The position numbers were made by a program, and so were the translations under genes. The notes under the pieces are model-generated. The model was not told the DNA's origin. It was given only the letters and a program-made list of their open reading frames with translations, and did no database searches. Source: Candidatus Nealsonbacteria bacterium (lineage in GTDB: Bacteria; Patescibacteriota; Minisyncoccia; Minisyncoccales; PWPS01). Taken from it: a stretch of 64,000 nt of DNA. Shown here one piece after another: positions 9,574-17,727 of this stretch (position 1 is the stretch's first letter; each line of letters opens with the position of its first letter). The stretch covers positions 2,825 to 66,824 of the forward strand of contig PUMP01000048.1 of assembly GCA_003551425.1 (NCBI GenBank), written 5' to 3'.

Positions 9574-9671
9574 TACCAAGGGTTGACCCTTGGTAAATAA
9601 TGGAGTTGTTCTTTTATTTGTTCGGAAAAATGTGCTTTTGAGACTACTTTTCCCAAGGGTCAACCCTTGGG
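9574..9671. repeat. inverted pair of REP-like palindromes
   Basis: CCAAGGGT-TG-ACCCTTGG (9576-9593) and its exact reverse complement CCAAGGGT-CA-ACCCTTGG (9653-9670). Confidence 0.7.
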
Positions 9672-9712
9672 TGTAGCTTGTGAAATGGTTGTTCTCTGTT
9701 AAAATAAAAGTA

Positions 9713-10843
9713 ATGGAACCTTTAGCCTCAAAAATAAGGCCGAAGAGCTTAAAGGAGTTCGTGGGACAGAATCATTTAGCCGGAGAAGGGAAGCCTTTAA
9801 ATGTTGCTATAGAAAAGAAGCACTTGTTCTCTTTTATTCTTTGGGGGCCTCCGGGAACGGGGAAAACAACCTTGGCAAAAATATATGCCGATAGTTTGAA
9901 TGCCAAGTTTTATGAGTTGTCTGCGGTCTCCGTCGGCAAAGAGGACATTAGAAAGGTAATCAGAGAAGACATAAAAGATTATCCCAAGGTCTTGTTCTTA
10001 GATGAGATACATCGCTTTAATAAAGCTCAGCAGGATTTTTTGCTTCCTTATGTGGAGCGGGGAGATATAGCTTTAATCGGAGCTACTACGGAGAATCCGA
10101 GTTTTGAAGTAATTGCCCCTTTGCTTTCTCGTTGTCGGGTTTTTGTTTTGTATGAACTTTCGAAAGAGGAGATAGAAACAATTATCAAGCGAACCGGATT
10201 TAAGATTGGTAAGAAAGCCGTAAATTGGCTTATTAACATGGCAAACGGAGATGCAAGGCAAGCCATTACTATGCTTGATAACACAAGCAAGCTTTACAAA
10301 AATATTACGGTAGAGAATCTAAAGAATACTTTGCAATCGAAGTTCTTAAGGTATGATAAAGCGGGGGAGGAGCACTACAATACGATATCGGCTTTTATAA
10401 AAAGTATGAGAGCCGGTCAGCCGGATGCCGCTTTATATTACTTGGCCAGAATGATTGATTCCGGAGAAGATCCGAAGTTTATTGCCAGAAGAATGGTGAT
10501 TTTTGCTTCTGAGGATATTGGACTAGCACAACCAACAGCGCTGGTTGTGGCTAACGCGGCGTTTAGAGCAGTGGAAACCATTGGGTTGCCGGAGTGCGGT
10601 ATTAATCTGGCCCACGGAGTCACTTATCTTTGCCGGTGCAAGAAAGACAGAAGCTCGTATGATGCGTATATGAAAGCGATGGAAGATGTAAAAAGATACG
10701 GAAACTTGCCTGTTCCTTTAAAGTTGAGGAATCCGGAAACAAAATTAATGGAAGAGATGGACTATGGGAAAGAGTACGAGAAGTATCCTAAAGAGAGCTA
10801 TCTTCCCGATAAATTAAAAAAAAGGAGGTATTTAAGTTTATGA
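9713..10843 (+). CDS. rarA: replication-associated recombination protein A (MgsA/RarA)
   Basis: PLASKIRP, WGPPGTGKTT, LDEIHRFNKAQQD, GATTENPSF, SAFIKSMR, ASEDIG. Confidence 0.95.
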   Translation: MEPLASKIRPKSLKEFVGQNHLAGEGKPLNVAIEKKHLFSFILWGPPGTGKTTLAKIYADSLNAKFYELSAVSVGKEDIRKVIREDIKDYPKVLFLDEIHRFNKAQQDFLLPYVERGDIALIGATTENPSFEVIAPLLSRCRVFVLYELSKEEIETIIKRTGFKIGKKAVNWLINMANGDARQAITMLDNTSKLYKNITVENLKNTLQSKFLRYDKAGEEHYNTISAFIKSMRAGQPDAALYYLARMIDSGEDPKFIARRMVIFASEDIGLAQPTALVVANAAFRAVETIGLPECGINLAHGVTYLCRCKKDRSSYDAYMKAMEDVKRYGNLPVPLKLRNPETKLMEEMDYGKEYEKYPKESYLPDKLKKRRYLSL

Positions 10844-11685
10844 ATGTCATAATTCCCAATCCTAAAGAGTTTGAGCATTTAAAGACCGAGTTTCGGAAGT
10901 CGGGAGCTGAAAAGATACACATCTTATCGGACTTTGACAGAACCCTTACTTACGGAACCTTTGAAGGAGGAAAAGCTTCTTCTCTTATGTCCATACTAAG
11001 GAACGGTGATTACTTAAAAGAGGGTTACGCGGAAAAGGCTCATGCTCTTTTTGATAAATATCGCCCCATCGAAACAGATCCCGGCATTTCTGTGGAGGAG
11101 AAGAAGAGGTTAATGCAAGAGTGGTGGAAAGCGCATTACAGACTGCTTATAGAGTCCGGGTTATCCAAATCGGACTTAGAGAGTGTCGCTGAAAAAATTT
11201 ATGTTAGGATAAGGGAGGGTGTTTCTGAGTTTTTGGACATTATCCATGAAAAAAACATTCCATTGGTTATTTTTTCCGCAAGTGGTTGCGGGGAAGTGAT
11301 TCCGATGCTTTTTCGGAAGATGGGAAAAGACTACCCGAACATCTTTTATGTAATCAATATTTTTAACTGGGATGAAGAAGGAAAAGCCGTTTCCGTGAGA
11401 GAGCCGATTATTCATAGCATGAACAAAGACGAAACGGTTCTGAAAAAATTCCCTTCCATTTTTAACTCCATAAAAAACAGAGACAATGTTGTTTTGCTTG
11501 GAGACAACGTAGGTGATTTGGGAATGATTAAAGGCTTCGATTGTGAGAATTTATTAAAGATAGGGTTTTACAATTTTCCTCAAGAAGAGCCAAGGCACGA
11601 TTACGAGGAAGGTTTCGATGTAGTTCTGGAGGGAGACGGTGATTTTAGTTTTGTAAGCTCTTTGCTTCGAGAGTTGACGAAATGA
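10840..11685 (+). CDS. HAD family pyrimidine 5'-nucleotidase (cN-III/UMPH-1 type)
   Basis: SDFDRTLT, EEKKRLMQEWW, IHSMNK, NVVLLGDNVGDLGM, LKIGF motifs typical of NT5C3-like enzymes. Confidence 0.8.
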   Translation: MNVIIPNPKEFEHLKTEFRKSGAEKIHILSDFDRTLTYGTFEGGKASSLMSILRNGDYLKEGYAEKAHALFDKYRPIETDPGISVEEKKRLMQEWWKAHYRLLIESGLSKSDLESVAEKIYVRIREGVSEFLDIIHEKNIPLVIFSASGCGEVIPMLFRKMGKDYPNIFYVINIFNWDEEGKAVSVREPIIHSMNKDETVLKKFPSIFNSIKNRDNVVLLGDNVGDLGMIKGFDCENLLKIGFYNFPQEEPRHDYEEGFDVVLEGDGDFSFVSSLLRELTK

Positions 11686-11710
11686 TCTTTATAAAGGAGG
11701 AGATGAAAAA

Positions 11711-12010
11711 ATGAAAAGGAGGCACATTTTAAAAATTAGAAAGGGAGAGATAATTCTTCCGGAGGGTTTTTCTGCCGGTCCCGTGGGAAGACTTGAAGAG
11801 GAGAAATGTCTCTTTGTTATTCCTCGGAGAGAAGGAAATGTTCTTGCACTCTCTAATGAAGAAAGAGATTTTATCGAAGTTACCGGCAAGGTTCTTATCG
11901 CTTATTGCCTGAATTATTTCGAAATATGGAATCCGTGTAAGTTTGCCGAATTTGAGAAAGAAACAAGCATGGAGAAGTTGGTGGAAAGGCTGGGTATTGC
12001 TTATTTGTAA
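11711..12010 (+). CDS. hypothetical protein, possible truncated MraZ/AbrB-like paralogue
   Basis: AGGAGG SD; the C-terminus VLIAYCLNYFEIWNPCKFAEFEK...LVERLG resembles the MraZ C-terminus. Confidence 0.55.
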   Translation: MKRRHILKIRKGEIILPEGFSAGPVGRLEEEKCLFVIPRREGNVLALSNEERDFIEVTGKVLIAYCLNYFEIWNPCKFAEFEKETSMEKLVERLGIAYL

Positions 12011-12056
12011 AAAGTTCCTTTTTATTGTATAATACTGATTAAGGGAGGTGATTTAG

Positions 12057-12407
12057 ATGCTTCGGTTTGTAATCCTTGCGCTGATTTTCAGCGCGCTGTC
12101 CCTGGTAGATATGCACACAACGCTAAGGGGAATTGAAGCGGGAACAATGTGGGAGCTTAATCCTTTTGTAGAGCGCTATCTGTTGGACAGTCCAACCGTA
12201 GCACTTTTCGTGAAGGGCGTTGCGCCCTTGATTGTCTCCGGATTTCTTTATCTTAGGCTGGGATTAGAGAAGAAGCCGGTATTTTTTAGAGGACGCCGTC
12301 TATTTTCTATAGACAGCTCCAATGTTCTTTTTGTCTTTGTGGTAGTTCATTTTATTATCGCCCTAAACGGAACGTTTTGGGCCTATATGATCTACTGGTT
12401 TATTTAA
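12057..12407 (+). CDS. small membrane protein (DUF5658-like)
   Basis: GGAGGTGA SD; D-x-x-TT...ELNP motif between TM helices. Confidence 0.65.
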   Translation: MLRFVILALIFSALSLVDMHTTLRGIEAGTMWELNPFVERYLLDSPTVALFVKGVAPLIVSGFLYLRLGLEKKPVFFRGRRLFSIDSSNVLFVFVVVHFIIALNGTFWAYMIYWFI

Positions 12408-12524
12408 AGACAAAGGCCCCTGCTTTTAAAGAGGGGTTTTTTCTTGTTATAATAAGCAATTTATTGTATAATATAAAGAGTAAAGGGGTTTGTTCTTTAA
12501 ATATATTCAAGGAGGTGATAAGAG

Positions 12525-13343
12525 TTGAGGTGGTTTGGGTTTTCGGATATAGGTATTTGGGCAGCAGTCCTTTTCTTCTTCCTCTACTTTGCTTTTAGAA
12601 GTGGAGGAGAGATTAGCATTGCTCTTTTGGCTTCTTTGGGAGTTATTTTGATAATGACCGCGATAGGATTTTCTATAGAAATCATTATTGAAGTTCTTCG
12701 TAACAAGAGGGGACTTGGAACTATTCTCGGATTTCTTACCAACGGTCCCGAGATGGTGGTACTTTTGGCAGGCATTATTGCCGGAGACGTACTTTTCGGC
12801 GTTAGTACACCGCTAGGGTCAACCGCTATCAACGCAATAATGCTTGTTTTGGCAGCAATAGTGACGGGAACAGCAATAAAGTTATTGCAGGCAAAGAAGA
12901 TTGTTTATGGCTTACTTTGTATTATCATTACAGTTATTCTTGCTTCAATCTTTTATTTTTTACCGGAAGAGCTTTATCTCTGGTGGATAATTACGGCCCT
13001 TCTTATAACAATTTCTTTTTTTCTTTTAAGGCCGAAAGAGAAAAAAAGAAAGGACCGTCCCTCCGAGGTGCCAAGCTGGATTATCTTGCCGGCGCTTTTA
13101 TTGCTTCTACTGTCGGGATCTTTTCTTGACCCGATGGTTGAGTTTGCCGGAGAAGTTTCCGGAGTTCCGAAGAATCTCATTGGGTTCTTGGCTCTTGGGA
13201 CTCTTTCCAGTTGGCCGGAGCTTAAGAGTTGTATAACCCTTTTTAAAAAAGGATTTATAGAAGCGGCCGGTATTAATATTTTCGTCAGCAATATTACAAA
13301 TATATGGCTGGCGATTATAGGGATATCCCTTTACTTACTTTGA
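12525..13343 (+). CDS. Na+/Ca2+ exchanger (CaCA) family membrane protein
   Basis: Two alpha-repeat-like motifs, TNGPE and SSWPE...NIFVSNITN; AAGGAGGTGA SD before a TTG start. Confidence 0.75.
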   Translation: MRWFGFSDIGIWAAVLFFFLYFAFRSGGEISIALLASLGVILIMTAIGFSIEIIIEVLRNKRGLGTILGFLTNGPEMVVLLAGIIAGDVLFGVSTPLGSTAINAIMLVLAAIVTGTAIKLLQAKKIVYGLLCIIITVILASIFYFLPEELYLWWIITALLITISFFLLRPKEKKRKDRPSEVPSWIILPALLLLLLSGSFLDPMVEFAGEVSGVPKNLIGFLALGTLSSWPELKSCITLFKKGFIEAAGINIFVSNITNIWLAIIGISLYLL

Positions 13344-13465
13344 AAAAGGGAGCATGTGTCTTTGTGCTCCCTGTTTTTATAACACAGCTTTAAAATGAAA
13401 ATTATTTAGGTTATTATGTCTAGAGATAAAAGTTATTTCGCCAATAAAGGTTAAAAAAATAAATT

Positions 13466-14194
13466 ATGTTGAATAAAGAGCAGGGAATTTTTGAAAATAA
13501 CGAATTTACTGCCGAAAGAAAAGAAAAAGAAGAACCTAAGAAAGTGAAAAAGATTGAAAAAGCCCCTCTTGCCATTGACACCAAGATTGAGGTTTTACTG
13601 GTTTGGAAAGGAGAAAAGATGGCTACGGAAATTCAGATTGACAGTGCGTCCTGGAAAGAAGGGGAAGAACCGGAAAGTGTTGACCCTAAAAAGATAAAAA
13701 AGATCGAAGAACTGGCCAAAGACCTTGAGCTGTTTTATAACTCCTCTCCGGAAAAGACAGTGCATAGCGAGTATTACCATAAAGACTCGGAGGGAAAAGA
13801 GAGGCCTAAAAATAAATCACAAAAAGTCTTTTATTTGGCTAAAACAGAGAAAGCTCTTTATTCACTGATGGAGGCCATTGAAGAAGATAATGATGATTTG
13901 TTGGGTCAGCTTTATGGATATCCTGATTCGGCGATTAGTGGTTACAAAAAAGAAGAGATAAAAGAAATTATTGACTTGCCTTCGGAGATTCAAAATAAGC
14001 CGGAGATTGCTTTTACCAGATTTAAATTGTCAAAAGACAATTGGCAAGAAGAGCTTCAAACGGGGAAAAAGTGGAGTGATACGGTCAAGAGAGTAAGCCC
14101 TCGAATGCATAAAGAATTTATTTCTTATATGAGAAACATTAATTTGGGAGACAAAGATGATTTTTATGTGGATTTTTTTGAAGAAAAGAGTTAA
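13466..14194 (+). CDS. hypothetical protein
   Basis: 242-aa ORF with a GQLYGYP motif; function unknown. Confidence 0.65.
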   Translation: MLNKEQGIFENNEFTAERKEKEEPKKVKKIEKAPLAIDTKIEVLLVWKGEKMATEIQIDSASWKEGEEPESVDPKKIKKIEELAKDLELFYNSSPEKTVHSEYYHKDSEGKERPKNKSQKVFYLAKTEKALYSLMEAIEEDNDDLLGQLYGYPDSAISGYKKEEIKEIIDLPSEIQNKPEIAFTRFKLSKDNWQEELQTGKKWSDTVKRVSPRMHKEFISYMRNINLGDKDDFYVDFFEEKS

Positions 14195-14279
14195 AATTGA
14201 GCCTGTTTGTTTTTGCCGAAAGCCAAACAAGCTAAAGTATGAGAGAGTGTTATAAAAAATAATAATTTAAACAAAGAAT

Positions 14280-14885
14280 ATGTATATATTGTGCTCTGAC
14301 CTCGAGAGTGTTTTTTTACCCGAGCTATGGGTTGAGATAGCGAATGAAACGGGAATAAAAGACCTTCAGCTTACTACTCGTGATGTTTCTGATGTGAATC
14401 TTTTAATGCAAAAAAGAATTACTTCTTTAAGGGAGAACGGAGTGGACTTTGAAACGTTAATACAAATAGCTAAAAAAAGTGAACCGCTTGAAGGGGCCGT
14501 TGATTTTTTAAGATGGGCAAGAGAGATGATGCCGATGATAATTCTTTCCGATACTTTTTGGGAATTTGTTTCTCCGATAATTAGCAAAATGGAATATCCA
14601 ACGATAATTTGCAATTCTTTGCAGGTGGATAAAGAGGGCTTTGTTTCCGGATATAATCTCCGGGAAGACGGCAAAAGAAAAACTATAGAGGTTTTACAAC
14701 AAGCAGGACTAAAAGTAATAACGGTAGGAGATTCCTATAACGACGTTAAAATGCTTGAAAAAGCGGATAAAGGCGTTTTCTTTAATGCATCAAGCGAAAT
14801 AGTTCAGCAGTTTCCTGAATTTTCTTCAGTAAACAGCTATGAAGAGCTCAAATTACTGATAAAAGACACGATTAATTCAAAATAG
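14280..14885 (+). CDS. thrH: bifunctional phosphoserine phosphatase/homoserine phosphotransferase
   Basis: DLESVFLPELW, TTRD, ILSDTF, GDSYND motifs. Confidence 0.88.
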   Translation: MYILCSDLESVFLPELWVEIANETGIKDLQLTTRDVSDVNLLMQKRITSLRENGVDFETLIQIAKKSEPLEGAVDFLRWAREMMPMIILSDTFWEFVSPIISKMEYPTIICNSLQVDKEGFVSGYNLREDGKRKTIEVLQQAGLKVITVGDSYNDVKMLEKADKGVFFNASSEIVQQFPEFSSVNSYEELKLLIKDTINSK

Positions 14886-14893
14886 CTTTATTA

Positions 14894-15238
14894 TTAGAGA
14901 CCTATATTGAGCTTGGAATATACGTAATAGCCGCTTTCTTTAAGTTTTTCTAGGGCCTCATCTTTCTCTTCTTCTGTCATCTCTTGAGGAAGTTTAGTTT
15001 TCAGCTCTCCCCTTAGATCATCGTTTCCTTTAAAATGACGAAGATAATCTATGGGATTTTTTGTTTCAAAATCACGGTTAACAAGAGTATCATCTATTTC
15101 TCTCGGATTTTGTACGACGATATACCCCTTGGATCTTAAAGCATCTTGCAACTCTTCCATTGATAGATTTTTCTTTTCGGAATATTCGTTGTTATTTTTT
15201 TGATCTTCAAAAGGATCAAATTTTTCTGGGTCGGGCAT
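14894..15238 (-). CDS. hypothetical protein
   Basis: 114-aa ORF with an internal pseudo-repeat (LRSKGYIV / LKESGYYV). Confidence 0.6.
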   Translation of the reverse strand: MPDPEKFDPFEDQKNNNEYSEKKNLSMEELQDALRSKGYIVVQNPREIDDTLVNRDFETKNPIDYLRHFKGNDDLRGELKTKLPQEMTEEEKDEALEKLKESGYYVYSKLNIGL

Positions 15239-15522
15239 GTTTGTTTTTAATTAAAGAATAATATTATTATAAAAGTAACATTTTATCACAGGAAAAACAA
15301 GAAGAAGGGAGGCAGGGTGGCTTCAATTACGAATATATATAAGGAGATGCCACCCCCACAAATCAGAGATGTATACTATAAACTTCTCCTGAAAATGGGA
15401 GAAGAAAAGGCAGGTATGTAAGCGCTATTATACATATCTGCCTTTTTGTTTTATAATAGAAAAACTGAAAATAGAAAACAATTCTTGAGTAAAAATACTA
15501 GAGCTTAATAAAAAATCAAACC

Positions 15523-16605
15523 ATGAATAACAAAAAAAATATTGCAATTTTATTCGGAGGTAAGTCTGCCGAGCATGAAGTTTCTTTGAAATCCGCAAAG
15601 AATATTTTTCAAGCGATTGACAAGGATCTCTACAATCCGATACTCATTGGAATTGATAAAGATGGAAGATGGTTTGTAAGCGAAGATCTTGAATCTGTTT
15701 TGCTAAATGAAAGATCCATGGAAGGCATCAGAAAAAACTATGTAGTCCTAGTTCCACAGTGCGAAGGAGAGGTTGTTTTTTTAGAGGGAGGAGAAAGAAA
15801 AGTAAAAGTTGATGTTGTTTTTCCCATACTTCACGGTCCTTTTGGTGAAGACGGAACAGTACAGGGACTTTTAAAGCTGGCGGACATTCCTTTTGTTGGT
15901 CCGAGTGTCTTGGGATCTGCGGTTGGCATGGATAAAGAGGCTATGAAAAAGATTTTAAGAGATAATTCTATTCCAGTAGCTGACTATATTTGTCTTCACA
16001 AAGAAGAAGAGGCTTTAAGTTATGAGGAGGTGGTGAGTAAACTTCAAAGCCCTTTTTTCGTAAAGCCGGCGAATATGGGTTCTTCTGTCGGGGTAAGCAA
16101 AGTTTCTACAAAAGAAGATTACCACAAAGCAATTTCTTTGGCGTTTGACTACGACTTAAAGATAATAATTGAAGAGTTTATAGAAGGAAGAGAAATTGAG
16201 TGTTCGGTTTTAGGGAACAACAATCCTCGAGCATCTGTTTTAGGAGAAGTTATTCCAAGTCACGATTTTTATTCTTATGAAGCAAAATACATTGACGAGA
16301 AGGGGGCTGATCTTGAAGTTCCGGCAAAAATTAGCGATGAAATAACCGAAAAAATTCAGAGCTTAGCAATAAAAACATTTAAATCTTTATACTGTGAAGG
16401 GCTGGGAAGAGTTGATTTCTTTTTAAAGGAGAATGGAGATGTTTTTGTCAATGAGATTAACACAATGCCGGGATTTACAAAAATAAGCATGTATCCAAGG
16501 CTTTGGGAGGAATCAGGCGTTTCTTACAAAGACTTGATAACAGAGCTTATCAATCTTTCCTTAGAAAGAATTAAAAAGGAAAAAGAATTAAAGCATGATC
16601 ATTGA
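15523..16605 (+). CDS. ddl: D-alanine--D-alanine ligase
   Basis: GGKSAEHEVS, LHGPFGEDG, KPANMGSSVG, FYSYEAKY, NEINTMPG. Confidence 0.96.
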   Translation: MNNKKNIAILFGGKSAEHEVSLKSAKNIFQAIDKDLYNPILIGIDKDGRWFVSEDLESVLLNERSMEGIRKNYVVLVPQCEGEVVFLEGGERKVKVDVVFPILHGPFGEDGTVQGLLKLADIPFVGPSVLGSAVGMDKEAMKKILRDNSIPVADYICLHKEEEALSYEEVVSKLQSPFFVKPANMGSSVGVSKVSTKEDYHKAISLAFDYDLKIIIEEFIEGREIECSVLGNNNPRASVLGEVIPSHDFYSYEAKYIDEKGADLEVPAKISDEITEKIQSLAIKTFKSLYCEGLGRVDFFLKENGDVFVNEINTMPGFTKISMYPRLWEESGVSYKDLITELINLSLERIKKEKELKHDH

Positions 16606-16624
16606 AATTATATGAAGAAAAGAT

Positions 16625-16840
16625 ATGAAAATAAACGGAACTGCAAGAAAATATATATTTCCGGGAACAGAAGTTGATATTATTTTAAAAAAAGACCAAA
16701 CTACCGGCAGGTTGACAAGAGGGATTGTAAAAGATGTATTAACAAAATCCGAAAATCATTCTCGAGGAATAAAAGTTAGACTTGAAGACGGTAGTGTAGG
16801 AAGAGTTCAAGACATAATTTCTTTTACCGGACTTGATTAG
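16625..16840 (+). CDS. YwbE family protein
   Basis: LKKDQTTGRLTRGIVKDVLT, HSRGIKVRLEDGSVGRV. Confidence 0.85.
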   Translation: MKINGTARKYIFPGTEVDIILKKDQTTGRLTRGIVKDVLTKSENHSRGIKVRLEDGSVGRVQDIISFTGLD

Positions 16841-16866
16841 CAGATATTAGTTAAAATTTTAAATAA

Positions 16867-17322
16867 ATGAAATTAATTATTTACGCATCTTTTCATCACA
16901 AGAATACGGAAAAAATTGCCAAGGAGATAGGTAATGCTTTAGGTGCGAAAGTTGTTAATTTTTTGAATGTGACAGAGGAGGAGATTAAAAAAGCGGAGCT
17001 GATTGGCTTTGGTTCCGGCGTTTATCTTTCCAAGTTTCACAAAGGTTTGGTTAAGCTGACTGAATCCTTGCCGAAAATGGAGGGAAAGAAAGCTTTTTTG
17101 TTTTCAACAAGCGGAATGAGAAGAAATATGTTTCTTAACAGATCTCACGATCATTTTAAAGATATTCTTAAGGAAAAAGGTTTTGAGATAGTGGGAGAAT
17201 TTAACTGTCTCGGATATGACACTTACGGACCACTTAAGTATATTGGAGGCGTAAATAAGGGAAGACCCAGTCAAAAAGATCTTGAAGAAGCGAAACTTTT
17301 TGCAAGAAATTTGGTGAAATAA
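16867..17322 (+). CDS. flavodoxin family protein
   Basis: YASFHHKNTEKIA, GFGSGVY, FLFSTSG, NKGRP. Confidence 0.85.
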   Translation: MKLIIYASFHHKNTEKIAKEIGNALGAKVVNFLNVTEEEIKKAELIGFGSGVYLSKFHKGLVKLTESLPKMEGKKAFLFSTSGMRRNMFLNRSHDHFKDILKEKGFEIVGEFNCLGYDTYGPLKYIGGVNKGRPSQKDLEEAKLFARNLVK

Positions 17323-17323
17323 T

Positions 17324-17725
17324 ATGGAGGAAAAAGATTCTTCAACTTTAAAACAGGAAGAGATAGAAGAAAACTTAAAAGAGCTTGAAGAGTGGAGGCT
17401 CTCATCGGACAAGAAGAAAATCTTTCGCAATTTTTATTTTAAAACCTTCCGCGAATCAATTGATTTTGTAAACGAAGCGGCTACCTTTGCCGGAAGAGTA
17501 AAGCACTATCCCGAGGTCATGATTATTCGTTTTCGGAAAATTTCGGTAAGACTTACTACCAAAAAGAGCGGGGGATTAACAGAAAAGGATTTTGCTTTAG
17601 CAAAAGAGCTTAACGCGATAGCGGGATGGAAGAGTAGATTAGAGCAACTGACTATTTCCCCCAAATTCCTTATCCCTTTCTTGATTATAGTTTTATTAAT
17701 AATACTGTGGCAGTATCTTCAATAA
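17324..17725 (+). CDS. pterin-4a-carbinolamine dehydratase-like protein with C-terminal TM
   Basis: FKTFRESIDFVN, HYPE, LTT...GGLTEKDFALA; hydrophobic C-terminal tail. Confidence 0.78.
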   Translation: MEEKDSSTLKQEEIEENLKELEEWRLSSDKKKIFRNFYFKTFRESIDFVNEAATFAGRVKHYPEVMIIRFRKISVRLTTKKSGGLTEKDFALAKELNAIAGWKSRLEQLTISPKFLIPFLIIVLLIILWQYLQ

Positions 17726-17727
17726 TA

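Noticed and set aside
9379-9600. 73-aa ORF from the track
   Set aside because: It runs through a terminator and a palindrome; the SD-led 32-aa ORF in another frame is better supported.
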